A stretch of 64,000 bases of DNA from Patescibacteria group bacterium. GTDB taxonomy: Bacteria > Patescibacteriota > Patescibacteriia > UBA1558 > GWA2-36-10. Shown here in pieces: positions 39,043 to 49,098 of this stretch. The stretch covers positions 4,155 to 68,154 of the forward strand of contig JBAZSG010000006.1 of the NCBI GenBank assembly GCA_041662585.1. Direction: 5' to 3'. The notes beneath the pieces were generated by a model. That model did no database searches and was not told the DNA's origin. It saw nothing but the letters and a program-made list of their open reading frames with translations. Both the position numbers and the translations under genes were made by a program. Within the stretch, counting starts at the first letter, position 1; each line of letters opens with the position of its first letter.

Positions 39043-39075
39043 CGATCTGCGAGGTTGGTACAACCTCGCAGATCG
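39043..39075. repeat. Perfect 15-bp inverted repeat (terminator / REP-like)
   Basis: CGATCTGCGAGGTTG-GTA-CAACCTCGCAGATCG. Confidence 0.8.
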
Positions 39076-39099
39076 CTTATTTTATAGCTTTTTTCTTCT

Positions 39100-39128
39100 T
39101 TGTGATTATAGGTAAAATATGTTATAAT
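39100..39128 (+). promoter_or_regulatory. Putative sigma70 promoter of the che-pil operon
   Basis: TTGTGA-17bp-TATAAT with extended TG. Confidence 0.5.
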
Positions 39129-39158
39129 TTATACACCAAAAAACAAAAATAAAGTATA

Positions 39159-40301
39159 GTGAAAGTATTTGAAACAAAAATTTATCTAAGATTTTTATCT
39201 TGGTTTATTGCCGTAGCATTTTTGCCATTAGCCGCTTTATTTTTATCAATATATCTTTTTAATTCAGCTTTACTACAATCAGTTTTAATAGAATCAAGAG
39301 ATACAGTATTATTTGCTATTTTTATTTCTCTGGCTTTAATTTTATTATTATCTTTGATAGCTACAAAACTATTATCAAAATCAATTATCAAGCCTATTAA
39401 AATATCGGTTTGGGAATTATCAAAAGTAGTAGGAGATTTATTTAAAACAGTACAAAATCTTTCAGCTATTAGCCAAAACAACGGAGAATTATCAGATTCT
39501 TTGTTGCGTAGTAGCCAAGCTCAAAAAACTGGCTTAAAAACAGGTAGTAAGGCGGTATTTGATATGGTAAATTCTTTGAATCAAGTTGCTCAAAAGACCA
39601 AATTGGCCGCTACCAAGACACGTAATGTGGATAAATTAGCTAGTGATAGTGGTGATAGATCAAAAGAAGCTTTGGATAGTTTGGTAGTGGTAAGACAATT
39701 ACTTACTGAAAATCAAAAACTTAGTCATGCTCTTGATGGCTATGCTGAAGATGTAAAAAATATATCTTCACGAGTAGTTATTTTGGCTGAAACAGCCAAA
39801 TTTCTGAGTCTCAATGTTTCTATTGAGGCTAGTAAGACTTCTTTTGGTAATGATTTTTCAGATTTGGTTTCCCAAATTAGAGAATTAAATATTATTAGTG
39901 AGCAAGCAGCCGAATCCATTGGCACTTTGGTTGCTAATATGCAACGACAAATAGAACAGTCTGGTGATTTTTCAAAACATCAAGCCCAAGAAACAGATAA
40001 AACAATCAAAGTGGTGAGTCAAAATATCCATTTTTTGTCTAAGATAGCAGCAAATATGCTGCAAATATCTCAAAATGTGCAAGCCATAGACCAAGAAACC
40101 CAAGAGACTAGACAGGACTCTGAAGACATTGGTACCATGATCAAAAAATTGGATACTGAAGCCAAGTCTTTGGTAGGTCATGTTGATACTGTAACACAAA
40201 CTATTAATCAGCAAGTAGCTATTATTAGGTCACTAAACAAATCTTCAACAGCGCTCAATGCAGTGACAACTACCCTTAATGATTTGGTAGGAGAAAAATA
40301 A
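39159..40301 (+). CDS. Divergent methyl-accepting chemotaxis protein-like receptor
   Basis: Two close TMs, long coiled coil; LAETAKFLSLNVSIEASK..GNDFSDLVSQIRELN aligns to the MCP hairpin tip. Confidence 0.78.
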   Translation: MKVFETKIYLRFLSWFIAVAFLPLAALFLSIYLFNSALLQSVLIESRDTVLFAIFISLALILLLSLIATKLLSKSIIKPIKISVWELSKVVGDLFKTVQNLSAISQNNGELSDSLLRSSQAQKTGLKTGSKAVFDMVNSLNQVAQKTKLAATKTRNVDKLASDSGDRSKEALDSLVVVRQLLTENQKLSHALDGYAEDVKNISSRVVILAETAKFLSLNVSIEASKTSFGNDFSDLVSQIRELNIISEQAAESIGTLVANMQRQIEQSGDFSKHQAQETDKTIKVVSQNIHFLSKIAANMLQISQNVQAIDQETQETRQDSEDIGTMIKKLDTEAKSLVGHVDTVTQTINQQVAIIRSLNKSSTALNAVTTTLNDLVGEK

Positions 40302-40303
40302 AT

Positions 40304-40726
40304 ATGACAGCTAGATCAGAAAAATTTATTTTATTTTATATAGGAGACGAGCAATATGCTTTGCCAGTTTTGATTGGTAATCAATTTATTGAATTTGAAA
40401 ATATGACTCTTATACCAAAAATTAGCCAAAAAATAAAAGGTCTTATTTATCACAATGGCAATATTGTTACTATCATTGATACCAAAGAGTTATTAAACAT
40501 AAAAATATTACAAAAAAATAAACAATTGATGTGTCTGACATTTGAAGCAGATGGATATTATTATGGTTTATTGGTCGATCAAGGAGGTGAAACTTTGGCA
40601 GTCAACAAGACTTTTAATGATAGACACAAAAAAGTTTTTAGCAAATATTTTAGGACAAAAGACAAGAAAAAAGTTTATATATTAGACATAGATGATATTT
40701 TATCTCAAATAAATATTTATGATTAG
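40304..40726 (+). CDS. cheW: CheW-like adaptor
   Basis: FILFYIGDEQYALPV, TLIP, IKGLIYHNGNIVTIID, YGLLVD. Confidence 0.78.
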   Translation: MTARSEKFILFYIGDEQYALPVLIGNQFIEFENMTLIPKISQKIKGLIYHNGNIVTIIDTKELLNIKILQKNKQLMCLTFEADGYYYGLLVDQGGETLAVNKTFNDRHKKVFSKYFRTKDKKKVYILDIDDILSQINIYD

Positions 40727-42263
40727 CACCAAATATAAAGATTTATATTTATCTACCACCAAAGAACAATTTAAAAAATTGTCTACTTTGTTGTTATATT
40801 TAGAAAAAAAACCAGCTAGTCAAAATTTGATTGAAAATATTTTTCGCCTTATTCATTCTATGAAGGGAGCAGCAGCTACTATGTCTTACAAAAAGACAGT
40901 CAATCTTTTGCATGCTATGGAATCGGTAGTAGATGCTGCCTACAATGGAGATTTGCGTATAAATCAAAAGATTTTGAATTCATTTTTTGATATTTTGGAT
41001 ATTTTGAAACAAAATTTTAATAGTATAGACAAACACAACAAAGAAATTGTACTCACTAAGCAAATAAAGCTTATCAAGACACTTTTGAATCAAAAAAATA
41101 CCAAAGATGCTAGTAAACAAAAAAAAGAAAAACATATACTCGGATCTTTGCCCAGCGTAGCTGAACTGACAGTCTCTACTGACAAGCTCGATGATATTGG
41201 TAATTCTTTGGATGATCTGCTTATCAATGCTATGAAAATAAAAAACAAAGCCAAAGGATCGGAGGATGTTGATTTTTTAAAAGTTTGTGTTGACAATGAC
41301 AAAATTTTGGCCAATTTGAGAAGACAATTGGAAAAAATAAGAATAGTACCACTCAAAGATGTCTTGTCATCACTACCATATTTAGTTAGAGAGATAGCTA
41401 GAAACGAAAACAAACAGGTAGAGATTGTTATCAAAGATCACAATATATCTTTGGACAAGGCTATTGTAGATGAGATTGTAGAAATATTAATACAATTACT
41501 CAAAAATGCAGTGGCACACGGTATAGCCAGTAAACCAGTCAAAGGTAAAATAATAGTTGATTTTTCTTTGGTGGGGGACAGAATGTATATATCGGTCGAG
41601 GATAATGGTCAAGGTATCAATTGGCAAGATATATTAGCTTTAGCTATTAAAAATAAAATAATATCTAGTCAAAAAGCAAAGACTATGACTATAGATCAGA
41701 TAAAAAAGTTTATTTTTCAAGCAGGTATTTCCAAGGGTAGAAATTTGAATACTGTTTCAGGTAGAGGTATTGGGCTCAGCTTGGTCAAAGCCAAAACAGA
41801 AGAACTAGGTGGTTCTATAGAAGTAATTTCCAAAATAAATAAAGGTACAAAATTTATTATTGACTTACCACAGCCGCTATCTGTTTTTAGGAGTATTATT
41901 TTCAACTTGTTGGGTTATGTTTTTGCTTTGCCACTTGATTTTATAGATAAAATAATAAATTTAGATGATGTAAAAAATCTAAATAAAACCAAGATTTTTA
42001 CTTATAAAAAAAATAAATATAAGCTAATTTCTTTGCTAAATATTTTTGATATAAAAAACTTTGAGCCTTTGTACAAGTATATAGCTTTGATAAATTATAA
42101 AGGATCAAAAGTTGCCTTACCAATTATCAGACAAGTGCAAGAAGATGAACTGATTATGAAAAAAGCTCCTTTGATTTTTAAAAATAATAAATACATAAAA
42201 GGCGTAGCTGTATCAGCTCAAGGTCAGGCAATATTAGTATTGGATATAAATAATTTAATTTAA
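40719..42263 (+). CDS. cheA: CheA-like histidine kinase (HPt, dimerization, HATPase, CheW-like; no P2)
   Basis: IFRLIHSMKGAAATM; LLKNAVAHG; EDNGQGI; VSGRGIGLSLVK; GTKFII. Confidence 0.87.
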   Translation: MISTKYKDLYLSTTKEQFKKLSTLLLYLEKKPASQNLIENIFRLIHSMKGAAATMSYKKTVNLLHAMESVVDAAYNGDLRINQKILNSFFDILDILKQNFNSIDKHNKEIVLTKQIKLIKTLLNQKNTKDASKQKKEKHILGSLPSVAELTVSTDKLDDIGNSLDDLLINAMKIKNKAKGSEDVDFLKVCVDNDKILANLRRQLEKIRIVPLKDVLSSLPYLVREIARNENKQVEIVIKDHNISLDKAIVDEIVEILIQLLKNAVAHGIASKPVKGKIIVDFSLVGDRMYISVEDNGQGINWQDILALAIKNKIISSQKAKTMTIDQIKKFIFQAGISKGRNLNTVSGRGIGLSLVKAKTEELGGSIEVISKINKGTKFIIDLPQPLSVFRSIIFNLLGYVFALPLDFIDKIINLDDVKNLNKTKIFTYKKNKYKLISLLNIFDIKNFEPLYKYIALINYKGSKVALPIIRQVQEDELIMKKAPLIFKNNKYIKGVAVSAQGQAILVLDINNLI

Positions 42264-42267
42264 AAAT

Positions 42268-42795
42268 ATGGATATTAAAGCAAAAATTTTGTTTGTTGAT
42301 GATGATGCTTTTCTTCGTAAAGTCTACAAGTCAGAGCTTAGTGATCAGGGTTATGAAGTAATTTTGGCGGCTGATGGAGGAGAAGGCTTGGAAAAGGCTC
42401 AAATTTCTGATCCAGATTTGATTATTTTGGATATGATAATGCCTATAAAAAATGGTTTTGAAGTTTTGACTGAGTTACAAAACAATCCAAAAACAAAAAA
42501 TATTCCAGTCATCATATTATCAAACCTTGGTCAGAAAGACGATATCAAAAAAGGTTTGGATTTGGGAGCAGTAGATTATTTGATAAAAGATAATATAACT
42601 TTAAATACTATTGTGGAAAAGGTTAGACATTATTTGAATTCCAAAACAAAATCAAAGAGTGCCAAGATGAATGGTAGTCATCACCATCATCGCGAAACAG
42701 ACCTTAAAAAAGAAGATAAGGTGAATGGCAAAACCAGAGAGGATGGCCTGGGCCATAAACAATATTATAAATCCGAACCAAGTAGAGAAAAATAA
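42268..42795 (+). CDS. CheY-like single-domain response regulator with charged C-terminal tail
   Basis: ILFVDDD, PDLIILDMIMP, IILSN, DYLIK. Confidence 0.9.
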   Translation: MDIKAKILFVDDDAFLRKVYKSELSDQGYEVILAADGGEGLEKAQISDPDLIILDMIMPIKNGFEVLTELQNNPKTKNIPVIILSNLGQKDDIKKGLDLGAVDYLIKDNITLNTIVEKVRHYLNSKTKSKSAKMNGSHHHHRETDLKKEDKVNGKTREDGLGHKQYYKSEPSREK

Positions 42796-42797
42796 AT

Positions 42798-44483
42798 ATG
42801 AAAATTATAAGTGACGAGAAAATTTATAGAATTATTAGCAAGATTGGTTTGATTGATTTGGGGGTTTTGGATACCGCACTTCAAGCTGCCAAAGAACAAG
42901 AAGTAGATTTTGTTGATTTTTTGATAAAACAAGATCTTATAAAATCCAATGAGATTGGACAGTTGATAGCCAATGATTTACACATCAAATATATTGATTT
43001 GAGTAGAGAGCAAATTGATTCCAATGTACTAAATATTATTCCAGAAATAGTAGCTCGCAAACAAAATATTATTGCCTTTAAAAGAGACGAAGAAGGTTTG
43101 AAAATAGCCATGCTGGATCCATATAATTATGAGATGATCAAGATGGTTGAAAAAAAGGCTGGAGAAAAAGTATTGCCATATTTTTCTACAGAATATGATA
43201 TCAAAAATACTTTTGCTCTTTATAGAAAATCCATTCAACAAGAATATGCTACCAACATTCAAAAACATGCTATCAAAGCTCAGGGAGCCAATGTAGAATC
43301 AGTATCAGTAGTCAAATTGGTAGATGATATTTTTTCTTATGCTTATACCAATCATGCGTCTGATGTGCATATCGAGCCAGAGGACAAAGAAATAAAAATT
43401 CGTTTTAGGATAGATGGGATACTGTATGATGTATTGACACTGAGTAAAGGTATTTTGGAATTGATAGTAGCTAGAATAAAGATTTTGGCCAAATTGAGAA
43501 CTGACGAAAGTCGAGCTGCCCAAGATGGAAAAATCGTTACCAGAGTAGAGGCTGAAAAAGTAGATATTCGTGTATCCATTGTACCCATTACTCATGGTGA
43601 GAAAATAGTGCTGCGTCTTTTGTCTTCAAAAGGAAAACAATTTTCTTTGGAAGATTTGGGTATGACTGGTAGAGATTTAGAAATAGTGCAAAGAGCGGCC
43701 AAGCGTCCTTATGGTATGATTTTGTCCACTGGTCCTACTGGCTCTGGTAAAACAACTACTTTGTATGCCTTGATAAAGTTGCTTAACAATCGAAATATAA
43801 ACATTTGTACTATTGAAGATCCAGTAGAATATGATTTGGAAGGCATCAATCAAATCCAAGTAAACCCTCAAACCAATCTTACTTTTGCTCAAGGACTTAG
43901 ATCATTGCTTCGTCAAGATCCTGATATTATCATGGTTGGTGAAATCAGAGATGAAGAAACAGCTAGTATTGCTGTCAATTCTGCCATGACAGGACATCTG
44001 GTATTATCAACCCTTCATACCAATGACGCGGCTACATCTTTGCCCAGACTTTTGGATATGAAGATAGAGCCATTTTTGGTGGCTTCCACAGTCAATATAA
44101 TAATTGCTCAACGTCTACTTCGTAAAATTTGTATGAAATGTATAGTTTCTTATACATTAAAAGACAAAGAAATAGAACAACTCAAGTCAGAAATTGAGTT
44201 AAATAAATTTTTGAACATAGAAAAAATATCAGATGTTCGTTTTTATAAAGGCAAAGGTTGCAAATCCTGTAATAATAGTGGCTATATTGGTCGTATTGGT
44301 ATTTTTGAAGTTTTGGAAGTTACTGATGATATAAAAGAGTTGATTATGGCTAGAGCTGACAATGAACAAATAAAAAAGAAAGCCATGGGCAATGGCATGA
44401 AAACTATGTTTGAAGATGGTTTTGATAAAGCTATATCTGGTAAGACCACCTTGGACGAAATATTTAGAGTTACTAAACAATAA
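42798..44483 (+). CDS. pilB: Type IV pilus assembly ATPase PilB/GspE
   Basis: ASDVHIEP, GPTGSGKTTT, IEDPVE, LRQDPDIIMVGEIRD, TGHLV.STLHTN, Zn-binding Cys pairs. Confidence 0.93.
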   Translation: MKIISDEKIYRIISKIGLIDLGVLDTALQAAKEQEVDFVDFLIKQDLIKSNEIGQLIANDLHIKYIDLSREQIDSNVLNIIPEIVARKQNIIAFKRDEEGLKIAMLDPYNYEMIKMVEKKAGEKVLPYFSTEYDIKNTFALYRKSIQQEYATNIQKHAIKAQGANVESVSVVKLVDDIFSYAYTNHASDVHIEPEDKEIKIRFRIDGILYDVLTLSKGILELIVARIKILAKLRTDESRAAQDGKIVTRVEAEKVDIRVSIVPITHGEKIVLRLLSSKGKQFSLEDLGMTGRDLEIVQRAAKRPYGMILSTGPTGSGKTTTLYALIKLLNNRNINICTIEDPVEYDLEGINQIQVNPQTNLTFAQGLRSLLRQDPDIIMVGEIRDEETASIAVNSAMTGHLVLSTLHTNDAATSLPRLLDMKIEPFLVASTVNIIIAQRLLRKICMKCIVSYTLKDKEIEQLKSEIELNKFLNIEKISDVRFYKGKGCKSCNNSGYIGRIGIFEVLEVTDDIKELIMARADNEQIKKKAMGNGMKTMFEDGFDKAISGKTTLDEIFRVTKQ

Positions 44484-44498
44484 AATAAATATAAATAT

Positions 44499-45716
44499 AT
44501 GTTGTTTGCTTATAAACTTTCAGATAATAAAAACAAGATAACTGCTGGTACTATTGATGCTCCAAATCGTCAGCAAGCTAGAAATCAATTGTTGCTTCGA
44601 GATGGTATTTTGATATCTTTGGAGCCAGCTGGCAGGTCAAATATACATCATAAAGTTGGTGGAAAACAATTGTTATTTGGTCGGATAAAACTTTTGGAAA
44701 AAGTAATGTTTGCCAAACATTTATCAGTGATGATCAAAGCTGGCATGTCTATTGACGGGTCTTTGGAAGCTTTAAAAGATAATGCTTCTCCTTTGATGAC
44801 TAGAGTTTTGACAGAAGTTTTATCAGATGTACGTAAAGGAAATGCTCTGTCTTCAGCTCTTAAAAAGCATCCTCGTGATTTTGATTTACTTTTTATAAAT
44901 ATGGTAGCGGCTGGTGAAAAAGGAGGCAACTTGGCCAAAAATTTGAATTTATTATCTGTTCAACAACAAAAATCATACGAATTACGCAAAAAAATAAAAG
45001 CAGCTGCCACTTATCCGACTGTCGTACTTTTGGCTATTGTAGCTTTGACAGCAGTAGTATCAAAATTTGTGTTACCAAAAATTGTCGGGTTTTTTACGAG
45101 TTTGAGTGTAGAGTTGCCTTTTAGTACTAGAATGTTGATAACTTCTGCTACTTTTTTTACTAATTATTGGATGTGGGTAGTACTCGCAACCATATTTTTG
45201 GTAATAACTTGGAATGTAATGGGCAAATTTCCTGTCAGTAGGCTGATACTTCACAAATTTATTATCAAGATACCTATTATTGGCAATTTGGTTATAAATA
45301 TGAATCTAGCTTTGTTTTGCAAAACTTTGGCTAGCTTGCTAAATAGTGGAATTACTATTGATCAAGCTTTGCAAATTGTATCTGAAACTATGACTAGTGA
45401 GGTTTATAAACAACAGACTATAAATATTTATCACAAAGTATTAAAAGGGAATTCTTTGTCGGACTCTATTTCCAACAACAAATATTTTCCTAGTATTGTG
45501 CCTCGTATGAGTATGGTTGGAGAGCAATCTGGAAATTTGAGTGAGGTACTTGAGCATTTGGCTGATTTTTATGAATTAGAGGTAGATAATACTACCAAAA
45601 ATCTTTCTACAATGCTGGAGCCAATACTTTTGGTAGCCATTGGTTTGGTAGTTGGTTTTGTGGCCATGTCTATTATCAATCCAATTTATGACTTAACCAG
45701 CAAGATAAGTCCATAA
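44499..45716 (+). CDS. pilC: Type IV pilus platform protein PilC/GspF
   Basis: LSVMIKAG, GEKGGNL, AATYP, GEQSGNL, MLEPIL. Confidence 0.92.
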   Translation: MLFAYKLSDNKNKITAGTIDAPNRQQARNQLLLRDGILISLEPAGRSNIHHKVGGKQLLFGRIKLLEKVMFAKHLSVMIKAGMSIDGSLEALKDNASPLMTRVLTEVLSDVRKGNALSSALKKHPRDFDLLFINMVAAGEKGGNLAKNLNLLSVQQQKSYELRKKIKAAATYPTVVLLAIVALTAVVSKFVLPKIVGFFTSLSVELPFSTRMLITSATFFTNYWMWVVLATIFLVITWNVMGKFPVSRLILHKFIIKIPIIGNLVINMNLALFCKTLASLLNSGITIDQALQIVSETMTSEVYKQQTINIYHKVLKGNSLSDSISNNKYFPSIVPRMSMVGEQSGNLSEVLEHLADFYELEVDNTTKNLSTMLEPILLVAIGLVVGFVAMSIINPIYDLTSKISP

Positions 45717-45773
45717 CTACTCTCCAAAATACCCTTGTCAAAGTGGTTAGATGGATTATAAAAATTTGTACTA

Positions 45774-46862
45774 ATGAAGGAATATAAAATAAATCAAATA
45801 GGTTTTACACTAGTAGAAGTGTTGTTGGTAGTAACTATGTTTACTATTATTTTATCTTCCGTTATTTCTTTGACTACCAATCAGATTTTGGAAAGTGATT
45901 TAGCAGCCAAATCATTGGAAGTAACTTCTTTATTAGAAACAGCTAGGAACAATTCGGCGACTGGCTATCGAGGAGATGTTTGGAGTATCAAGGTGCTAGA
46001 TAGTGATGCTCTGTGTCAAAATAGTGGTGATTGTATATTACTTTTCAAAGGTAATAATTTTAGTACTAGAGACACTGCTTATGATCGTTTTGTCCAGTTT
46101 GACGTAGATGTTAGTGGTGTTTATGTCAACGTTGATCAGGAAAATGAGTTTTATTTTGCTTATTCATCGGGATGGTTGGCTACTACTTCAGCTGCATACT
46201 TAGATCAACAATATATAGTGTTAAATAGCAATTTTGGACAAAAAGAATCTATCTTGATTTATCCTACTGGTGTAATTTCTACTTTTGTTTGTGGGGAAGA
46301 TAAATTGTTTGATATAAATGGCAATGGCTATACAACCGTACAAATAGGCAATCAATGTTGGATGGCTGAAAACTTAAACACCGGTACTATGCTGGCTAGT
46401 GCCAGTATTGACCCAAGTGACGATGGTACTATACAAAAGTGGTGTTACAGCGATACTTCTAGTAATTGTAATAGCTATGGAGGACTTTATGATATAGTTG
46501 AACTTTTGGCTTATAATACTTCTGATAGTCAAGGTATTTGTCCAGCTGGTTGGCACATACCTACTGAAGCTGAAATAAATACTCTAGAGTCCAATTATTC
46601 CAACGGTGTTGACGAGGGATACAATTTAAGATTGGGTGGTATTTCAGGATTTAATTTGCCATTTAGTGGGCAAATAACCAAATCAACAAATGCTTATGCT
46701 GATATAACAACTTTATCTACTATCTGGTCTTCTTATTATACAGGCACGCAAGGTAAAGTTTATTATATTAATGATTCTGTAGACGCAGATGTACTAACAG
46801 CTCTTTTGACTGCTTCACCAAGTGATAAGGGTTATGCTGCTCGTTGTTTAAAAGATTATTAA
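45774..46862 (+). CDS. Minor pilin with C-terminal FISUMP (Fib_succ_major)-like domain
   Basis: GFTLVEVLLVV; YTTVQIGNQCWMAENL, YGGLY, GICPAGWHIPT, ARCLKD. Confidence 0.85.
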   Translation: MKEYKINQIGFTLVEVLLVVTMFTIILSSVISLTTNQILESDLAAKSLEVTSLLETARNNSATGYRGDVWSIKVLDSDALCQNSGDCILLFKGNNFSTRDTAYDRFVQFDVDVSGVYVNVDQENEFYFAYSSGWLATTSAAYLDQQYIVLNSNFGQKESILIYPTGVISTFVCGEDKLFDINGNGYTTVQIGNQCWMAENLNTGTMLASASIDPSDDGTIQKWCYSDTSSNCNSYGGLYDIVELLAYNTSDSQGICPAGWHIPTEAEINTLESNYSNGVDEGYNLRLGGISGFNLPFSGQITKSTNAYADITTLSTIWSSYYTGTQGKVYYINDSVDADVLTALLTASPSDKGYAARCLKDY

Positions 46863-46863
46863 A

Positions 46864-47805
46864 ATGCTAGCTATAAAACACAAAATTAATGGTTTTTCTT
46901 TGGTAGAGGTAATCATAGCCTTGGGAGTTTTTTCTATCTTGGCAGCTGGAGTTTTTAATATTGTGACTAGTTCTTACAAAAATTTTTATGGCGTCGGAGA
47001 TAAACAAGTGATTAGCGAATTTGCTCAAGAAGGTATGGAAATAGTTCGGGCTATTCGTGATAATTCTTGGCAAGATATAGAAAATGTTTCTGGTGCTGGC
47101 AATCAGGGAGTGAGCAAGGCTAGTGCTGGTTATTGGCAGTTTAGTGGTACTAGTAATACTTTGGGTGTTTTGACTAGGACCATAGCAATAAGTGATGTAA
47201 GTCGTGATAGTAACAATGAAATAGTTTTATCAGGTGGAACCAATGATCCAAGTACCAAAAAAGTAGTGGTCACAGTGACAGGAACTGGCATAAGTGACTA
47301 TGTATTGACTGTTTATTTGACTGATTGGAACAATAAGACTTGGTTACAAACTAACTGGAGCGGAGTAGGCGAAAGAGAGTATTGGTCAGATAGTACTATG
47401 GCCTCATCAACCTATACCAATGGTGATAATAATATTTCTACTAGCACCACAGGCGCATTGACCCTTTTTTGGAATGGCACTACATTTGATTCTCCGGGGT
47501 ATTTATATTCTTCTATATATGATATAAACTCAGATGATAAAGAGCCCAAAAGTATTAGTGTAGAACAAGTTGTTCCTAGTCCTTGTAATTTGGATATTAC
47601 ACTTGAAGTTAGTGATGATATTAGTTTTGCAGTAGCTAATATTAGTAGTCAAATTTTTAGTGATGATAGTACTAGTTATTATACTAGTTCTACGCCAGCT
47701 AGTTTAAATGGTAAAAGATATATGAGATATAGAGTTGACATGGCTAGCTGTAGTAGTGGCGCTAGTAGTCCAACACTTTATTCAGTAAAGATTAATTATA
47801 GATGA
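46864..47805 (+). CDS. Minor pilin (PilV-like) with extended C-terminal domain
   Basis: GFSLVEVIIALG; AQEGMEIVRAIRD; KKVVVTV. Confidence 0.82.
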   Translation: MLAIKHKINGFSLVEVIIALGVFSILAAGVFNIVTSSYKNFYGVGDKQVISEFAQEGMEIVRAIRDNSWQDIENVSGAGNQGVSKASAGYWQFSGTSNTLGVLTRTIAISDVSRDSNNEIVLSGGTNDPSTKKVVVTVTGTGISDYVLTVYLTDWNNKTWLQTNWSGVGEREYWSDSTMASSTYTNGDNNISTSTTGALTLFWNGTTFDSPGYLYSSIYDINSDDKEPKSISVEQVVPSPCNLDITLEVSDDISFAVANISSQIFSDDSTSYYTSSTPASLNGKRYMRYRVDMASCSSGASSPTLYSVKINYR

Positions 47806-49067
47806 TGAATATAAATAAAAATAAAAAAGGCTTTTCTTTAATAGAGGCTGTAATTTATCTAGCGATAGTTGCTATTTTGCTTACAGCAGTAGTGAGTTTG
47901 CATCTGACTTTGGGGGGTACTTCCAATAAACTTGCTAGTAATATTTTGGCTTCTAGGAATAGGCGCGTGGCTTTGTCTAGTGTTGATTATTTGATTAAAA
48001 ATGCTGATGGAATGCTCAGAGACATCAATGGAGATTGTTCAGATTTTGATGCTACACCACCAGTACTAGCCTTATATTTTGCTGACGATACATATTTGCC
48101 TGGTACTTGTGTAGAAAACGGTGGAGGAGTCAGGCTATCAATAGATGATAAAAATGTAAGTCTGACTTGTTATCCAAATATGAGTGGCAATGGTCATTTT
48201 CAAAATTGCGAAACATGGCGTTATCCCGCTACCAACATTTATTATCTTTCTTCTCCCAATGTAGCTGTATTAAATACCTCATTGAGCTTTAGCACTTCTA
48301 CGGCCACTTCTACCGCCAATAATTTTTTGGCAGTCAGTACTCAGCTTAGTGTGGGCACACATACTAATAATCAAGTCAATTTGAGTGCTACTTCTACCGC
48401 CACTTCTACCACTATTGTCAGAAATGAGCAGGCCAGTGGGCTTATGACTTGGTGGAAGTTTGAGGCGAGCCCTGGTTTTGGTGTAGATACACAACAAAAT
48501 ATTAATATATCCTGTAATACCCCCAGTACTGTTAGTGGTTTGGTAAGTAGCAGTACGCAAGCAGCAGATTTTAACGGTAGTTCAGATACTTGTTATAATA
48601 TTAGTGCTAGGCGTATAAGATTTAATAATAGTTTTTCTTTGGCTACTTGGATGAATGCTGATGCCAGAGCAGTGGACACGCCTATTATGCTTTTTAGTAA
48701 TCTTACTTCTTTGGGTTATTCATTTTATACTGACGATGGTTATCTTAGTTTACGAGTTTGTGATAGTGATGCTTGTGAAGAATACAATTCTACTTTTCAA
48801 ATGGCCAATGATACTACTTATCATGTGACAGCTACTTATGATTTAGAAGATGATGAAGTGATATTGTATGTTTATCAAAAAGGAGTAGGTGGTAAAGCTA
48901 CCACTACGGTAAATTCATTAAAAACTTTGGTAAACCACGCTTCTAACTTTGTAATAGCCGGAGATTTGACAACATACTTTGATGGGACACTAGATGATAT
49001 TCGGACTTATAATAGAGTATTGAGTCCAGAAGAGATCTGGGCTATACAATCTCAAGGAGAGATTTAG
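47802..49067 (+). CDS. Minor pilin (PilW-like) with LamG/ConA-like domain
   Basis: GFSLIEAVIYL; WWKFE, FSLATW, YHVTATYD, FDGTLDDIRTYNRVLSPEEI. Confidence 0.82.
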   Translation: MMNINKNKKGFSLIEAVIYLAIVAILLTAVVSLHLTLGGTSNKLASNILASRNRRVALSSVDYLIKNADGMLRDINGDCSDFDATPPVLALYFADDTYLPGTCVENGGGVRLSIDDKNVSLTCYPNMSGNGHFQNCETWRYPATNIYYLSSPNVAVLNTSLSFSTSTATSTANNFLAVSTQLSVGTHTNNQVNLSATSTATSTTIVRNEQASGLMTWWKFEASPGFGVDTQQNINISCNTPSTVSGLVSSSTQAADFNGSSDTCYNISARRIRFNNSFSLATWMNADARAVDTPIMLFSNLTSLGYSFYTDDGYLSLRVCDSDACEEYNSTFQMANDTTYHVTATYDLEDDEVILYVYQKGVGGKATTTVNSLKTLVNHASNFVIAGDLTTYFDGTLDDIRTYNRVLSPEEIWAIQSQGEI

Positions 49068-49098
49068 TTTATTTACTATATTTTGCTATAATATATCT

